The notes under the pieces are model-generated. The model was given only the letters and a program-made list of their open reading frames with translations, did no database searches and was not told where the DNA came from. Shown one piece after another: positions 23,293-36,190 of a DNA stretch of 64,000 nucleotides. A program made the position numbers and the translations under genes. The DNA comes from Antedon mediterranea (lineage: Eukaryota > Animalia > Echinodermata): NCBI RefSeq assembly GCF_964355755.1, contig NC_092671.1:8990001-9054000 (forward strand), given 5' to 3'. The number at the start of each line of letters is the position of its first letter. The stretch's first letter is position 1.

Positions 23293-26200
23293 TCACTTTT
23301 TAAAATTTGTTATTGGAGGAAAAAGACTTGCTAATGGCGGTACGGACGGAATTTGAGACATCCGTGATTGCTGCCGTGACTGGGCATTTGTGTCTTTGGA
23401 AAAGTCTCCCATTCCCAGTCGTTTCAGCACCCTGCAAAACAAAACAATTATTTTAAAATATTTTTACAAACAAAAACTAAAAATATTTTATAAAAAATAA
23501 TTTTGTAACTACGGTAATAAAAATGAAGCAATTTATTGTCTAAAAATAAACTTACTCTCTAGCTTGCTGTCTCCTTGAGTTCACGTCCAGGTCAAGGGTT
23601 CGTGGCGTTGTGATGTATGCTGGGAATTGATCAAGGTTTCCAATTGGCTGAAAGTTAAACATTGTTTATTGAATAAATATCCAAAGTTGACAGCAATGTT
23701 TGTGAAATTCATATAGACATACTATCCTACCTTCCAAACAGGTCCTCTTGTACCTATTAAAGTAACACTTGTTCCAATGACATCTTTTGGTTTATCTGGT
23801 ACCCTCATATGTACCCCGTGTGGTCCCATTGTGCGCACATGTTCACGTCTTTGTTGTGGTTTTATGTAGATCAGCGTTTTTGTAACTGGCTTAATCATAC
23901 TCATACCAGTTTCTTCTTTAACAGCATCAAAGCTAAAGAAAAAACATAATTTATTAATATTGATATGGCTTGTGGTTTAACATTTGCAATTTTTGTCACA
24001 TTCTTCATTTATTCTAACTGTGATTCTATGCTTGTTTATATCTAGTACTGAGCTTTGACAGAATGACTCAACAGCTTCATAGTTGAGTGGCATGTCAACT
24101 ATCCAACATTAACTTCTTTTTTTTTAGAAATGCCACCAGATATGTCAATGATGGTCACAGATATATTTTATTCAGTTAGTTAATATGTTGTAATTTTTGT
24201 TTGAATGTTAGACTATTAATATGATATGATTCCTGCTTATGAAATTATAAACTTCTTACATAGAAAACATTTGTTCATAAAGCTTTGTTCTTTGTTTTTT
24301 TAGTTGTTCCTTCTTGTCTTGCCATTTCTTGATTGACTAGTTAAAAGAAAAAGATCATTATTTTGTTTAGTATAGAGTATTTACATTAAATGTGCTATCC
24401 ATCTAAACACTGTGTTTAGTTGATCCATTTAAAAACAATGTTTTGTAGGGGTACATAACAGTGGATATAAAACAGTGGATTCTCTTTACCTCTTGCATGC
24501 GTTTCTCCATCCTGCTGAGAAAGCCTTGCAGATATTTCTCTTGATCACCAGTTGTCATCGAAAGCTTCTTCATCAATTGTTCTAAAAAAAATTAACATTC
24601 TTACTTTTACTTATAATACACATTCCATCAACTATTTGGGATAATGTGATGGAAGGAGGTGGGTTTTTTCCTGTATACTTGAGGATTTGTACCTTTCTGG
24701 TCCTGTAGTTTCCTAAATGTAATGTAGCGTTCAAACAGCTGTCTTAGTCTCATTTCTGGAACTTCCATTGCCTGTGTTATAACATCTACTGTAATCTGAA
24801 AATAGTGCAAAGTTATAAACAAGTAAATATTACTGAGTATTTTGGGAACACATATCTAAGGCCTGTTTTCCTGTCGACGTTATTAAACGCTATCGTTAAC
24901 AATAATCGGCGATCTCCTATGTAAACATTGAAATGGTAACGATTTACAGGAAAAGGTACTCACTATCGTTATCATTTCAACTTGATCGTTTTCAAACGAT
25001 CGTCGTTGAACTTTTAACGCTCAACAACAATAGCGTCGAATAACGTCGACAGGTAAACAGGCTTAACAAAAGCCATGATTAAGATCTATGAGTCCATCTG
25101 AGAGACCATGTTAATAGCTGCATACTTACTGTATGAAGTTCCAGTGATATCTTGTTTTCCTTTAACGCTTCCTCCAATGTTTGTAGATTTTTAAACTGAT
25201 CAGCTACTTTCAATTTCAGAGTATTTATATCATCTTTCCTGACCTACAATAAAAATGAATAACATAGTAATTATGCGGTTGAGCAGTTAAACTCTGCCAT
25301 CAAATTGGCACAGGTTCAAGACATGAACTCTTCGACCACAGTTCTAGTGGAGGCAAAGTTATTGGATATGGATTCCAGTGTACACATCTTGATTGTGTGC
25401 ACAAAACCAGGTACATTTTTCAGAAGGATAGGGGGTTAGCCTGGTGTAGAGCATTGCAGACAGACAAACAAATACTGTTGGTAACCATTTTACTGAGTTC
25501 AGTTGTATTACCTGAGTGGCACCAGATGACATCTTGTTGTTTGCCATTTGCATCACCAGCATTTGTTTGTTTTTCTCCTGTTCTGCTAGATTTCCTCTCA
25601 TTGACCGTAACTTTGAATCACGCTCTTTTAACTCTTGTCGGAAAGCAGTTTGTCTAAAGTGACAAACATAATGTTTTGGTTAAATTACAATGTGAACGGC
25701 AGAGCAGTTTGTGTAGGCCCAATATATTGTATGTCATTTCTATATGCCCCAACCATAATAACAGGATTTCTTTGCTCAATCTAACTAATTACATTGACTT
25801 TTTTATCTTTACACTCAAGGCAAGAAGCTTTCATTTTTTGCTTCATTCTTCAGGTCAGGTGGAACATTAGGCTACATAAAATTTAGGCCTGCATGTGTAA
25901 GATAAATAACTATAAATAGTTTCTAAAAGTCTTCTGGATTGTAGGAGCTTTTTGTGTGCTCTATGCCTCTAGAAATATTGGTTCATATTAAATCTTCAAA
26001 ATTATTAATAATATTCAAGAACAGAAATTAATAATATTTACACTTCTTTCATCTCCCTTTGAAGACTACTATTGTGAAGGATGAGCTGCTTGTGTCTGTC
26101 CAATACAGCCTTGTATTTCTCTTCCTATTGAATAACAGTAAACAGTTGAGTCAGGGAAAAATTTCATTTAAAAATTTTGTTTAGCAAAATTACTAATCAA

Positions 26201-29200
26201 ACTGATTGTTGAGTCAAGAAACATAGTTTTGTATTGCATTTTTTGCTACACAATTTGCGAAATGTGTAGCAATAGGTTGTTTTGTATAGCTTTTTGCTAT
26301 GCTACACTGGCAAAATTATTCCCTGTGAGTGTGTTAAGCATAATTCTCCACAGAAGGAGCAGAAAGAATTAGTTAATTGTAAAGAAAGAATGTACTGATG
26401 AAATAAAATCTGCATTTAAGAATTATGATATACAATCAAAGTTAATTAACAATTGTTACTGAATTACTTTTTTTACATTTTTTAATATACCTGTATTCTT
26501 TTTGTTTCTAATATCAAGTATTCCAAACCATTAATCTCCTCATGCATCTGAAATATTAAGTAAAATTTCATGTAAATAAGAAATTTTAATATTCTATTTT
26601 TTTTAAATATCCAGTAGGCGTACAGTAATTCTTTTACCTTGTTTATTTTGTCATTTGCTTGATTGTTTTCTTTTCTCAATCTTTCTTTATCATCATCAAC
26701 CATCCCATCATGCAATGGTGATCCATGTTTTGGTGCCATTGCTTCTTTAAGTTCAATCCGCTACAAAGAAACAACATTAGAGGTTGATACACACTAAAAT
26801 CTTGTGCTGCATCTAAATCTTTGCATTTCAGTAGTGAAAACCATATCTATATATAAATTTACGTAAGGGCAAAATTCGGTAAATCTCGGTTTATTTCTAG
26901 AATTTTTACTCGATGGTATATAAAGTTGGTTCATACTTTCGGTACTGATTTTAACCATCTGATGTAACCCTGTTTACTAATTAAATTGAGTTAGGTAATT
27001 AGTTATTGACGATTAAAACGAATTTAGGTTCAACGATTTGCCCCAAATAGGGGTGTTTTCCGATCGTGGTATACACTGTCTAATGGATGTCCATCTTGAA
27101 AAATACTCGCCACAAAAATACGAGGAGGCTTCGCATTTTCCTATTTCCTCCTACGATAATTGTTTTTAATAGCTGAAAACTGGTTGAACAGCTAGAGTAC
27201 AGCATCATAATGTTGAAGATAGATAGATTTAATATACGATTATACAAATGTATTGATTTGGGATGAATGGAACATTCCAATCTCTGTTTCACAAGTGTCT
27301 ATTCCCTCAGGCGTCGTAAAGGCAAGTACAGTACTGTATACTCGAAATTCGATCCATTTTTGTTTTCAATCTGTGCTGCACAGGTTGGATATAATTTTGT
27401 TTTAAACGGATAATGAGCTAGCGTTTTCACTCGCCGTATATTATGTACAAATCTTTATTATTGCAGTTAAACCACCCACATCATCACCTTTCCCTCACTG
27501 GCATGAGTAGCGTTGTAAAACCAGTAGAGAGTCGGCCTACGGTACATCACATGCCCTAAACGCAGAACAACTTTGGTGGGTAGGGTAGGAACCAACTTAA
27601 GTATGAATTGGCTCTAAGAAACAATTGAAAACCATTAGGCCTACTAATTAAGTTGAGTTAGATAATTTAATATTTATTGACGATTAAATCGAATTTATGA
27701 TTTTCCCCGAATAGAGGTGGTTTTCACAAATTGTTTTACATTATATTATAAACATATACACGTCGTAGTGATGTATCGTTACATGTGCTGTACTATTTCA
27801 ATCGACTAGGACGGTGATAGTTTCAACAAAGTATTACATCGCAATGTTTTACTGTGTTTAGTGGTATATTATTTGTAAAACATGAAAGCAATTAATATTT
27901 CGTTACTAAATGGATAAAGAATATATTTTAACATTGTTCCTCTTTGCACCCATCCTCTTCCCCATCCCTCAACCCTAATGTTACATACAAAACACAAATT
28001 AAGTTTGTTTAAATTTGACTTAAACAATTGGTCTTATTTTGTGACAAGTTTCTCTTTCGGAAGTAATAGGGTGCTGATTTTAGTTTAGTACATAAATCAC
28101 AGTGTCTATTTATTCGTTCCTGTAAACGACATGTATTATTGTCCTGCAGTACGTACATTTGAAATCGCCAGTTTTTTAACGCTGAAATTATTATGTATTC
28201 GAGAACCATCTGTGGGCATGCACGGCCTAGATGGTACGCGAGCGAAGCGAGCGTACCATCTAGATTAATTAATAATGATTAGAATTCACTTACTTTATTC
28301 ATCAAAGCCTGTGCAATCTTTATTTCTAATGAAACCAACACTGAAATAAATGCAATAAACTAAATATATTTTCAATTATTCTCAAAAGTGTTTACACAAA
28401 ATAGAAGAAAAAATTTTCATAAAGCTTATTTCAAGATACTTATGTTTTATATATTAAATTAAATCCAAAGACAAATTACTGAAAAACCAACAAAGCTGTG
28501 GGTAACAGTGACTGGTTTATATTAAACATTTCAGTACTTACATTCTAAAGCATTTCCAGACATCATGTTAAGCTTAGTTTTTATGTCGGTTGGTTTCTGA
28601 AATTACCGGTAATAACAAGTTGTTGAGAAATCATGAATATTCCACCAAACTTACGAGTTAAAATAAATATAGTGAGGCATTTAATGAATAGTTCCTCGAA
28701 ACATGTCACATTTTAGGGCAGTTTGCCTATTCATTAAATGCCTCAATATAGTTATTTTAACTTGTTGAGAAATCATGATTACTTTTCCTATAATGCAAAA
28801 ACAATGTTGCAAGAACAACAGAAAAACAACTCACGTCATCAACTTGTAAATTATTGGTAAGTTTCACCTCATGTGCTAAGTCAAGCAGACCTATTGTAAA
28901 GAAAGTAGAAGTCATAGTTAAAAATTTACTGCCTCAATCTTCTACATAATGTTTGTATTTCAATATTGTGTGTTGTTATGAATTTCATATTTTGTTCATG
29001 AGAAAACTCCCTACACCGTTGTGTAATTTATCAATTGTTTGACTTGTTCAGTAACAGTCTGAAGCTCTGTCTACACTATCAAATTAGTTTGACAAAAAAG
29101 TGTGATGTGCCCAAATATGGTATGGTTTTTTGTAACATAACATTTGATAGTGTAAACAGAGCTTAAGCTCTAAATCATTTTCAGAATTTACCTTCTTTTT

Positions 29201-32200
29201 CAAAGATGTTCTCCAGACTATCTTTGAAATGATTGATAGCTCGCAGAAGATGTAGACTGACTCGATGTATGCCTGCCAGTTGAACCTTCATATCTTGTTC
29301 CTGTTTCCTCAGTGTAGCATCACATCTTAATTATAAACTTTACATTTTAGTTGGCTAGGACAACCATTTGAATACAATAAAAATCTCTCCTAATAAAGAA
29401 TGCCATTGTCATAGTCAACACATTATTGTCCAACATCATGGTCAAATTCAAAGTTATCATTTATTATGATCTTTGTGTGTGAATCAGGCTTGAAATGCTA
29501 CCTGGTATAAATTGTTCATTTTAGTAATGCAATTTGTGTATTTTAAACACATTTACCTTTGTTTTTCTTTATGTAAATGATCTTGTAGTTTGTGTATTTC
29601 TAACTCGTAATCGGCCTTAATACGTGATGCCATGTGGCGATAATCAGTTGGTGAATTTGGCACAGCAATCATTTCTACTGGTGAAGGCAACGTAGAAGCA
29701 GCGGTGGCTGTACGCTTCTTTATGTCTGCAATCAGTTCGGCAATTTTTAATTCCTAAATAAAAGTTTAGAAAAATATTTTGTGGAAGAGTGAGTGAAAAA
29801 ATGAAGATTTCATTAAAGTGATCAAACTGAATTTGATGTTAATTTCAAAATAGTGTACTAACATGAACACTTATTAGATCAACCTTGACTTGAAGTTCAT
29901 TTTTCAGTCGACGAACTTCCTGCTCTAACTTGTCAACCTTAAAAATAAAAACAATTTTCACTTATATTTTGGAAATAATCAATGTAATAATCCATTTTTA
30001 ATAAATTATCGCTTGTAATTCTAAAGTTAGCAACTTGGTTGGAAGGCATCTTGTTTTTACCTCAGATTTATAATCATTCATGCGTTGCATGTACTGTTCC
30101 CGTATTGATTCCTGTCGGCTATTTTTTGCCTCTGTATCTTGCACAGTTATGTTCAAGCGTTTTTCATATTCATGCTGTTTGTCTAAAATTTACATAAAAC
30201 AATAACTAACTCATCAACATAAGAACAATCATGGGCATACTAAACATAATAATAAACAAAATGGATTTTATTCATTTAAAAATGAAGTTATTATTGAAAA
30301 TAAATAAAAATAGTTGAACTAACATAATGCATCGTCTAACTGTGCTTCTAAGTTTTCTATTACTATGTTTAGCTTTTCTATAGTGTCCTAGAACAAAAAC
30401 ATAGTTTCATAGGTTAATATCAAGTTCAAAAAACATTTAATTGTTCAACAATGGCATTATACAGTATAATATATACAGTAGGTGTGTACATAAATGAAAA
30501 CATAGTAAGCCATCATTTGGGGTCTTCTCTAGAAGAAATCAAGTTTCTTGTCTCGAGAAAGACCCCAGAAACAATACACATACATTTAAACTAATACAAT
30601 TTACTACATAAAATAATAAATAAAAACAAAAAGGATTAAATAAAAATAGATACTTTCAGTGTACTACAATCATAATAATATTAAAATTAGTATAAAGAAA
30701 TAAGATATTTTTAAAAAATTTTTACGAAAAGTATAAAGAGATTTAAAATGCTTTAGTTTGGCATCAAGATCATTCCAGATTCGCGGTCCTGAAACAGAAA
30801 TAAAATATTCGGAAGCAATTTTTAAGTTGCTTATTCACCCTTGAGGTGAATTTACTACTTCAGTGTCATGCCAACAGTTATTTTTCATCTTCATTTTATT
30901 TCAACCACATCCGACAGCAAAAAATCGCCAATTATTAGATTGTTAAATATGTATACATACAAAAAATGGTAAAATTAATAGCTTTAAGAATTTTAGATAT
31001 AATAATTTACAAATGGTCTTATCTTTAATGGAAATTCAATTTGTAAAAATTCAATTGTAAAGCTTACTTCATGTTCTTTGATAGTAGCTTGTAATGCCTC
31101 AATTTCATTTCCCAGTTTTGCTTGAATTTCGGTCATTTTTATCTCCCAAAGTTTGAGTTCTTCTGCTGCTTTTTTATCTACAGTTTAACAAAATCATTGA
31201 CTTATTGTTAGATTTATATTGTATGAGTGTTTTAGGCAATTATTTTCTTTATAGGTTTCATCAACCTAGGTTATATTATATTTCAAAAGATTGGATCAAA
31301 ATGATATCCTCTAGAAAATGTTGAAGAACTGCTATCTTCCTTTCCTTTTTCATTCTTGCTTGTTATTCATTATTGCTTTATTTACCTTTTTGATTTTTAG
31401 CTTTCTCTCCTTCATTCAAAAGTTGTTGTTCTTTATCGTTGGCCTTCTTCAAAGCAGCGAGTACCTTTTCATAATTCTCCTTCATTTCTTTCAATTTTTG
31501 CTTAAGCTCTGTCTGTTAAAACCCAAAAATGTTGGTTAGTTTAAAATTATAGAGTCACCATACTCCACGTTGCCCTCAAATTTCATTTTAAAAGCAGATC
31601 TCATTTAATAAAGCACACTAAATGTCTTAATACAACAAATAATTAGATCCAAAACACCAAAATAGCACACTATTACCTCATTCGTCATACCACTCTTATT
31701 TTTTGGTCTACTGCCTCAGTTTATAAAAATAATACCTTCTAATTTCTACGAAATCTTGTTCATCAAAACAAGGTAAATTGGAGGTAAAGTAATTATTTCA
31801 GAATTTAATAAAATAAAAACAAAATGAGTACCATTTTCTGGTTTTGTTTTTCTGTGAATTTCTCCAGGGACTCAATGTGCTGATCTTTCTTTTTTAGCTC
31901 TTCATCAATACGCTCGTTTGCCTTGTTGATATGGTTAACATTTACCTGTAAATAAACAAGTAATAAGTATCGGTTCTAAAGAATTTAAGTTAGGCATATT
32001 GTTTTAGGTTTTTTCTTATTTTTTAAAAATCTATATCATTATTACAGATATTATTACATTTATTTTATATTAATAATTTATTAATTTCAATTATTTCTAC
32101 CTCAAGTTGCAAAATATTTTGACTAAGATGGCCATTTTCTTGGTTACGCCTCTCCATGGCAACACACATAAAGTTAAATTGTTTCAAAGCATTACGACAC

Positions 32201-35200
32201 ACTGAAAAAAAGTATGTATTTAAAAAACGAAAAAGATTTGTACAACTTATAGACATGCTCTCCAAAATGTAAACTGATTTGCACTCACTGTTTCTATCAT
32301 TGTTTGTCTTAGCTGCTTTGGTTGCCTCTTCCAAGGCTTTCTTTACCTCAAGTGATGCAGCCTTCCAGTTTGCAGCATCTGCCATCAGAGCTTTCTCTAA
32401 AAAAAGAAGTTTTTGCTAAAGTTGTTTTTACTTTGTTACTTTAAGGCAAGTTAAAAATGATTAGTGACACGTTTCTTCATAAAAAAAATCTGTAGAAGTG
32501 GAAGTTTTTTTTACGAAAGACACTGAAATTGGTATTTGTAATTGATGTAATACAATCATAACATTGAGATACCTATATACCTAAACCTCGCTTACCATTC
32601 ATTGGGTCTCTATTTTCCTTTGCTCTTGATGTAACCATCATTTTTTTGCGAGTTGTGACACTAACTGCTTCTTGTAGCTCAACAGTTTCCTGCAATACAA
32701 TCCTACAAAAAAAAAGTCATTTTCTATAATATGCACAGATTATAATTATTATTTTTATTTTATTTTATTTTATTTTATTTTATTTCTTCATACTCATCCA
32801 ACAGCGAGTAACCCGCCAATTACAGGATGGATAAACTATTTAATAATTTCACAAGACAAACATATACACAAGATGCTCTACATAAACAAAGACTTATTAT
32901 TAAGTCTTTGGGAGTGGAGTTGTAAATTGTCATGAGAAAAAAACCCTGACATATGACAGGACTTGAACCCAGGACCCTTAGACTAAGACTAAGAGTGAAA
33001 AATCATCAACTTAATCAAGTTAGATATAAATGAACTTAACTAAACAAATTCTTTTCAATCTTCAATAAGATTATGAAAATCAGGCATTTTTGTCACTGTG
33101 TAAAAGAGTTGTAATGTTTAGTTGTGCTTACTCTTCTGTTTCTCTGGTGGAAAGGTCATTCATTGTTTCAAATACTTTTTTACTAAGAACTTTAAACCTT
33201 TCAACAACCTTCTTCACATGTTTCTTATGATCATTCACTGCATTCCTGCAAAAACAAAACAGAATCAGGACAGGAGGTTCTCCTTAATTGTCCAAATGGG
33301 CCAATGATTATTATGAATTAAAAATACTTTAAAAATACTATGCCTCTTTAATGTATATACTTATGGTATTATTATTACATATATTTACATTGTTTTGTGT
33401 TTTAATGTATGCTTTGGTGTGGCACGCCTTATGGCGACAGTGGTCCTTTGAGCTCTTTTGCCACTCCTTGGCACACTCAAAGTTTATGTATTGTTTTAAT
33501 GTTGCTAAAATTAATAAAATAAAATAAAATAATGAATGATGAAGAATATAATGGTAAAAGAGGAAGTGTTATAAGGCAATTAAAAAGAATTCTAGGTATA
33601 TGAAATGCAGTCCAGGATTTGTGAGAGAGGTTTGCTCTGTGTGTTGGGGATGGGTACTGTGGTAAAGGGGTTTATATAGTTTGTTTACAAAACCATCTTA
33701 CATAATACTTACATAATGTTTTGTTCTATCGTCGTCGTTTCATTGTTCTTCTCCAGTAGTTCCTCATGACTAACAATTATTTTCTCCTAATTAAATTATT
33801 AAAATATGTATCCGTGTTTAAATATATATGTGATAAGTAAATCAAAGATGAGGCCAACTTTAGCAAATAAATGGAAAGTTTTGATGATATTTATTTAACG
33901 GTTTTAATGGTTAGTGCAGAACTGTGGTGGTAAGATCTTTGACTCATGTAAGTGGTGGGTTTCAGCAGGGTTGTTATATGCGGCCCTCAGATACAATTTA
34001 AAAAATACTTTTTTAGATTAATTAGATTGTGTTTTTAAAGTTGTCTGTTGTATATGGAATGCCATATGTGCCGAAATGTTTATTTTTTACAAATCACTAA
34101 TATTTAAATTAATTGCACTTTGATAGTGTATTTTAATTTGGAGGGTAGGTCAGTCATCTACCCAGACTATTCACTGGAAATGCAGGTGTATTTTATACAT
34201 ACCACAGTTGTCTGTACATCAAATAGCCAATCGCTGAATTCATCTACTAATATCTCCCGACATAGGCAAGTTTGTCCATACTCGTGAATAATATCCAGGA
34301 TTGTTCTTTTATGTAACATCTAAAATATAAAGAAAGTTAAATGTTATATTCATAAGCATAATCCAGCAGCAACTGAACTTAACACTATCCAAAATACACA
34401 TGATATTAGTCCTGGTTATAGAATTGTGGATGACAATAAACGATGATTATAAGAATGAACGACAACATACTTCCTCCCTTTTCTGTTTAGTGTTGAAACC
34501 AGGAGGTCGTCTTCGTCGAACTTCTTCCAAAGAAATCTGCAAAAGATGAAATAAGACAAATACATGCAGTAACTACATTCTGCTTCTTAATGAAAGTCAT
34601 ATGAAGAAGTATAATTATATGTTTAAAGGACAAAGGTTAGTTCACATGGATTTATGTAAACAAAATAACAAACTTACCTCAGATGGAGTGGCAAGAAGGT
34701 TTGTGCTAATTCCATAATGAGCAAGTGCCTGGAAAAAAAAGAAAAAACATTTACATACACATAGATTGAGTATTCATCATATTGAATTGAATAAAAATAA
34801 CTGAAGAGAAAAACAACTGAAATAATTCTTCCACAGGGTCACCAACATCTTCACACGGTCACCATCACCTTCACAAGACCGTCATCATCTTCACACGGTC
34901 ACCATCGTCCTCACATGGTTACCATCACCTTCACAATATGGTCATCATGTTCACACGGTCACCATCATCTTCACACGGTCACCATCACCTTTACAATGGT
35001 CATCATGTTCACATGGTCACCATCATGTTCACATGGTCACCATCACCTTTACAATATGGTCATCATGTTCACACGGTCACCATCATCTTCACACGGTCAC
35101 CATCGTCTTCACAAGGTCACAATATTGTTTACCTTTTTTACTCGATCGTGAATGATTGCAAGTTGACTCTGTGCATCCTCCTGAATCCTGCGTCTTTGTT

Positions 35201-35279
35201 CAAGGTCAAGGTTGAGGAAGATCTCTCTGACATCCTTTTCCACCTCAATGTGGTAACTTCCTACCTTCTGTAAACTCAT
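23293..35279 (-). CDS. FAM186: FAM186A/B-like coiled-coil protein, ~31 coding exons
   Basis: A chain of short GT-AG exons runs from ATG 35279 to TGA 23295-23293; reading frame was checked across most junctions. N-terminus IEVEKDVREIFLNLDLEQRRRIQEDAQSQLAIIHDRVKKALAHY ... REILVDEFSDWL and C-terminus LRQLFERYITFRKLQ ... FLSRMEKRMQESIKKWQDKKEQLKKQRTKLYEQMFSIF ... PVWK ... TPRTLDLDVNS resemble the terminal domains of human FAM186A as I recall them. The centre is heptad-rich (E/K/Q/L). The gene is near certain; the family name is less so. Confidence 0.72.
24857..25066. mobile_element. MITE (PIF/Harbinger-like), family B
   Basis: TAAGGCCTGTTTTCCTGTCGACGTTATT ... AATAACGTCGACAGGTAAACAGGCTTAA inverted ends; CpG-rich relative to its flanks. 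Confidence 0.75.
26846..28263 (+). mobile_element. Non-autonomous Helitron-like element in a FAM186-like intron
   Basis: Starts A|TCTATATATAAA and ends with the GC-rich hairpin CTAGATGGTACGCG-AGCGAAG-CGAGCGTACCATCTAG, finishing on CTAG. It has an internal ~85-bp direct repeat (26975-27060 vs 27642-27725) and no TSD. Confidence 0.6.
28617..28781. repeat. Palindromic element with a ~20-bp flanking direct repeat
   Basis: AGTTAAAATAAATATAGTGAGGCATTTAATGAATAG ... CTATTCATTAAATGCCTCAATATAGTTATTTTAACT, with TTGTTGAGAAATCATGA repeated on both sides. Confidence 0.65.
29061..29166. mobile_element. MITE family A copy (internally deleted)
   Basis: AAGCTCTGTCTACACTATCAAA ... TTTGATAGTGTAAACAGAGCTT. Confidence 0.85.
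32750..32985 (-). mobile_element. tRNA-derived SINE copy with (AATAA)n tail
   Basis: B box GGTTCAAGTCC on the minus strand at ~32959-32969. The body is shared with 46980-47135, and the tail appears as (TTATT)n at 32750-32784. Confidence 0.7.
34835..35120. repeat. ~21-bp degenerate minisatellite (CACACGGTCACCATCATCTT) in the first coding intron of the FAM186-like gene
   Basis: More than ten imperfect units. These explain the spurious His-rich ORFs at 34915 and 34938. Confidence 0.9.
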
Positions 35280-35539
35280 CTTCTCCCAGGTGGTGGTCGA
35301 CGTGGCATGTTAGTACATTAAATACTTCACTAAAGTATAGGCCTACACATTGAAAATCTCTTATTTAATAAAACAAACAAACAAAAGGTTAAATTTTTTT
35401 TGCATGGGAAGCACTTGATTTATGTAAGTAAGAGATTTACTAATAAAAATAGGTATTAATAAAAAATATGTCCAAAAACATTGTATTATTGCATGGAGAG
35501 TAACATTTATTCAGTAAAAGCACCTAACCTGGTGGGGTT

Positions 35540-36190
35540 GATCTTCAATAATGTTACCATGGAGTTCGATGATAATATTATATACTAAACTTCAAAAAGT
35601 CGCGCGCGATAAGTTATTTACATGGTTACGGGACGCCCATGGTTACACCATGTAACCATTGGTTTCGGATGTTATTATCAAAAAGTCGCGCGCGTTGTTG
35701 TTGGCAGCACCCAAGAAAATTATTTTGTTTCATCAGAGCACGTGCACATTCCCTTTGTGTTTATTGAAGCGGATCGACAACAAGTTTAAAATACACAAAT
35801 ATCACGCTTCATGCAGCGCACACGCATCAATGCTCTTATTCATTTGATTATCATATAAATATTGGGGTGTTTTCAGTGTCGTTTATTACAAATAGATAAA
35901 ATTTGCTTTAAAAATTCGGTGCAATTTTTAGAAATGTTGTATCAAATTCTATAATAATATTTTGTGAGTATTTTAAAACTGTAAATAATTATACAGGGTA
36001 ATATTAAAATAATATATAAGTTATATATCCCTACATTTAAATAGAATATTCCATACGTCATAAATAATTGGAATAATTCATCTCAGCCATGCGCACAGAT
36101 TACATGATTGTGCTTCCGGTTCGAAGTCTGATGCTGCTGCTGTGTAGGTTGAAAAGATAAAGCTGGATAAAGCAATCTTGGTAGACAATG
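35540..36190. promoter_or_regulatory. Head-to-head promoter region shared by FAM186-like (-) and CSRNP (+)
   Basis: CpG-enriched (GTCGCGCGCG twice), with RFX X-box-like half-sites at 35553-35665, a CRE half-site at 36055, an ETS-like CTTCCGGT at 36113 and a candidate CSRNP first-exon donor ATG|gtaaga at 36190. Confidence 0.55.

Noticed and set aside
34915-35273. His-rich metal-binding ORFs
   Set aside because: They are translations of a 21-bp minisatellite, antisense to the FAM186-like intron and exon.
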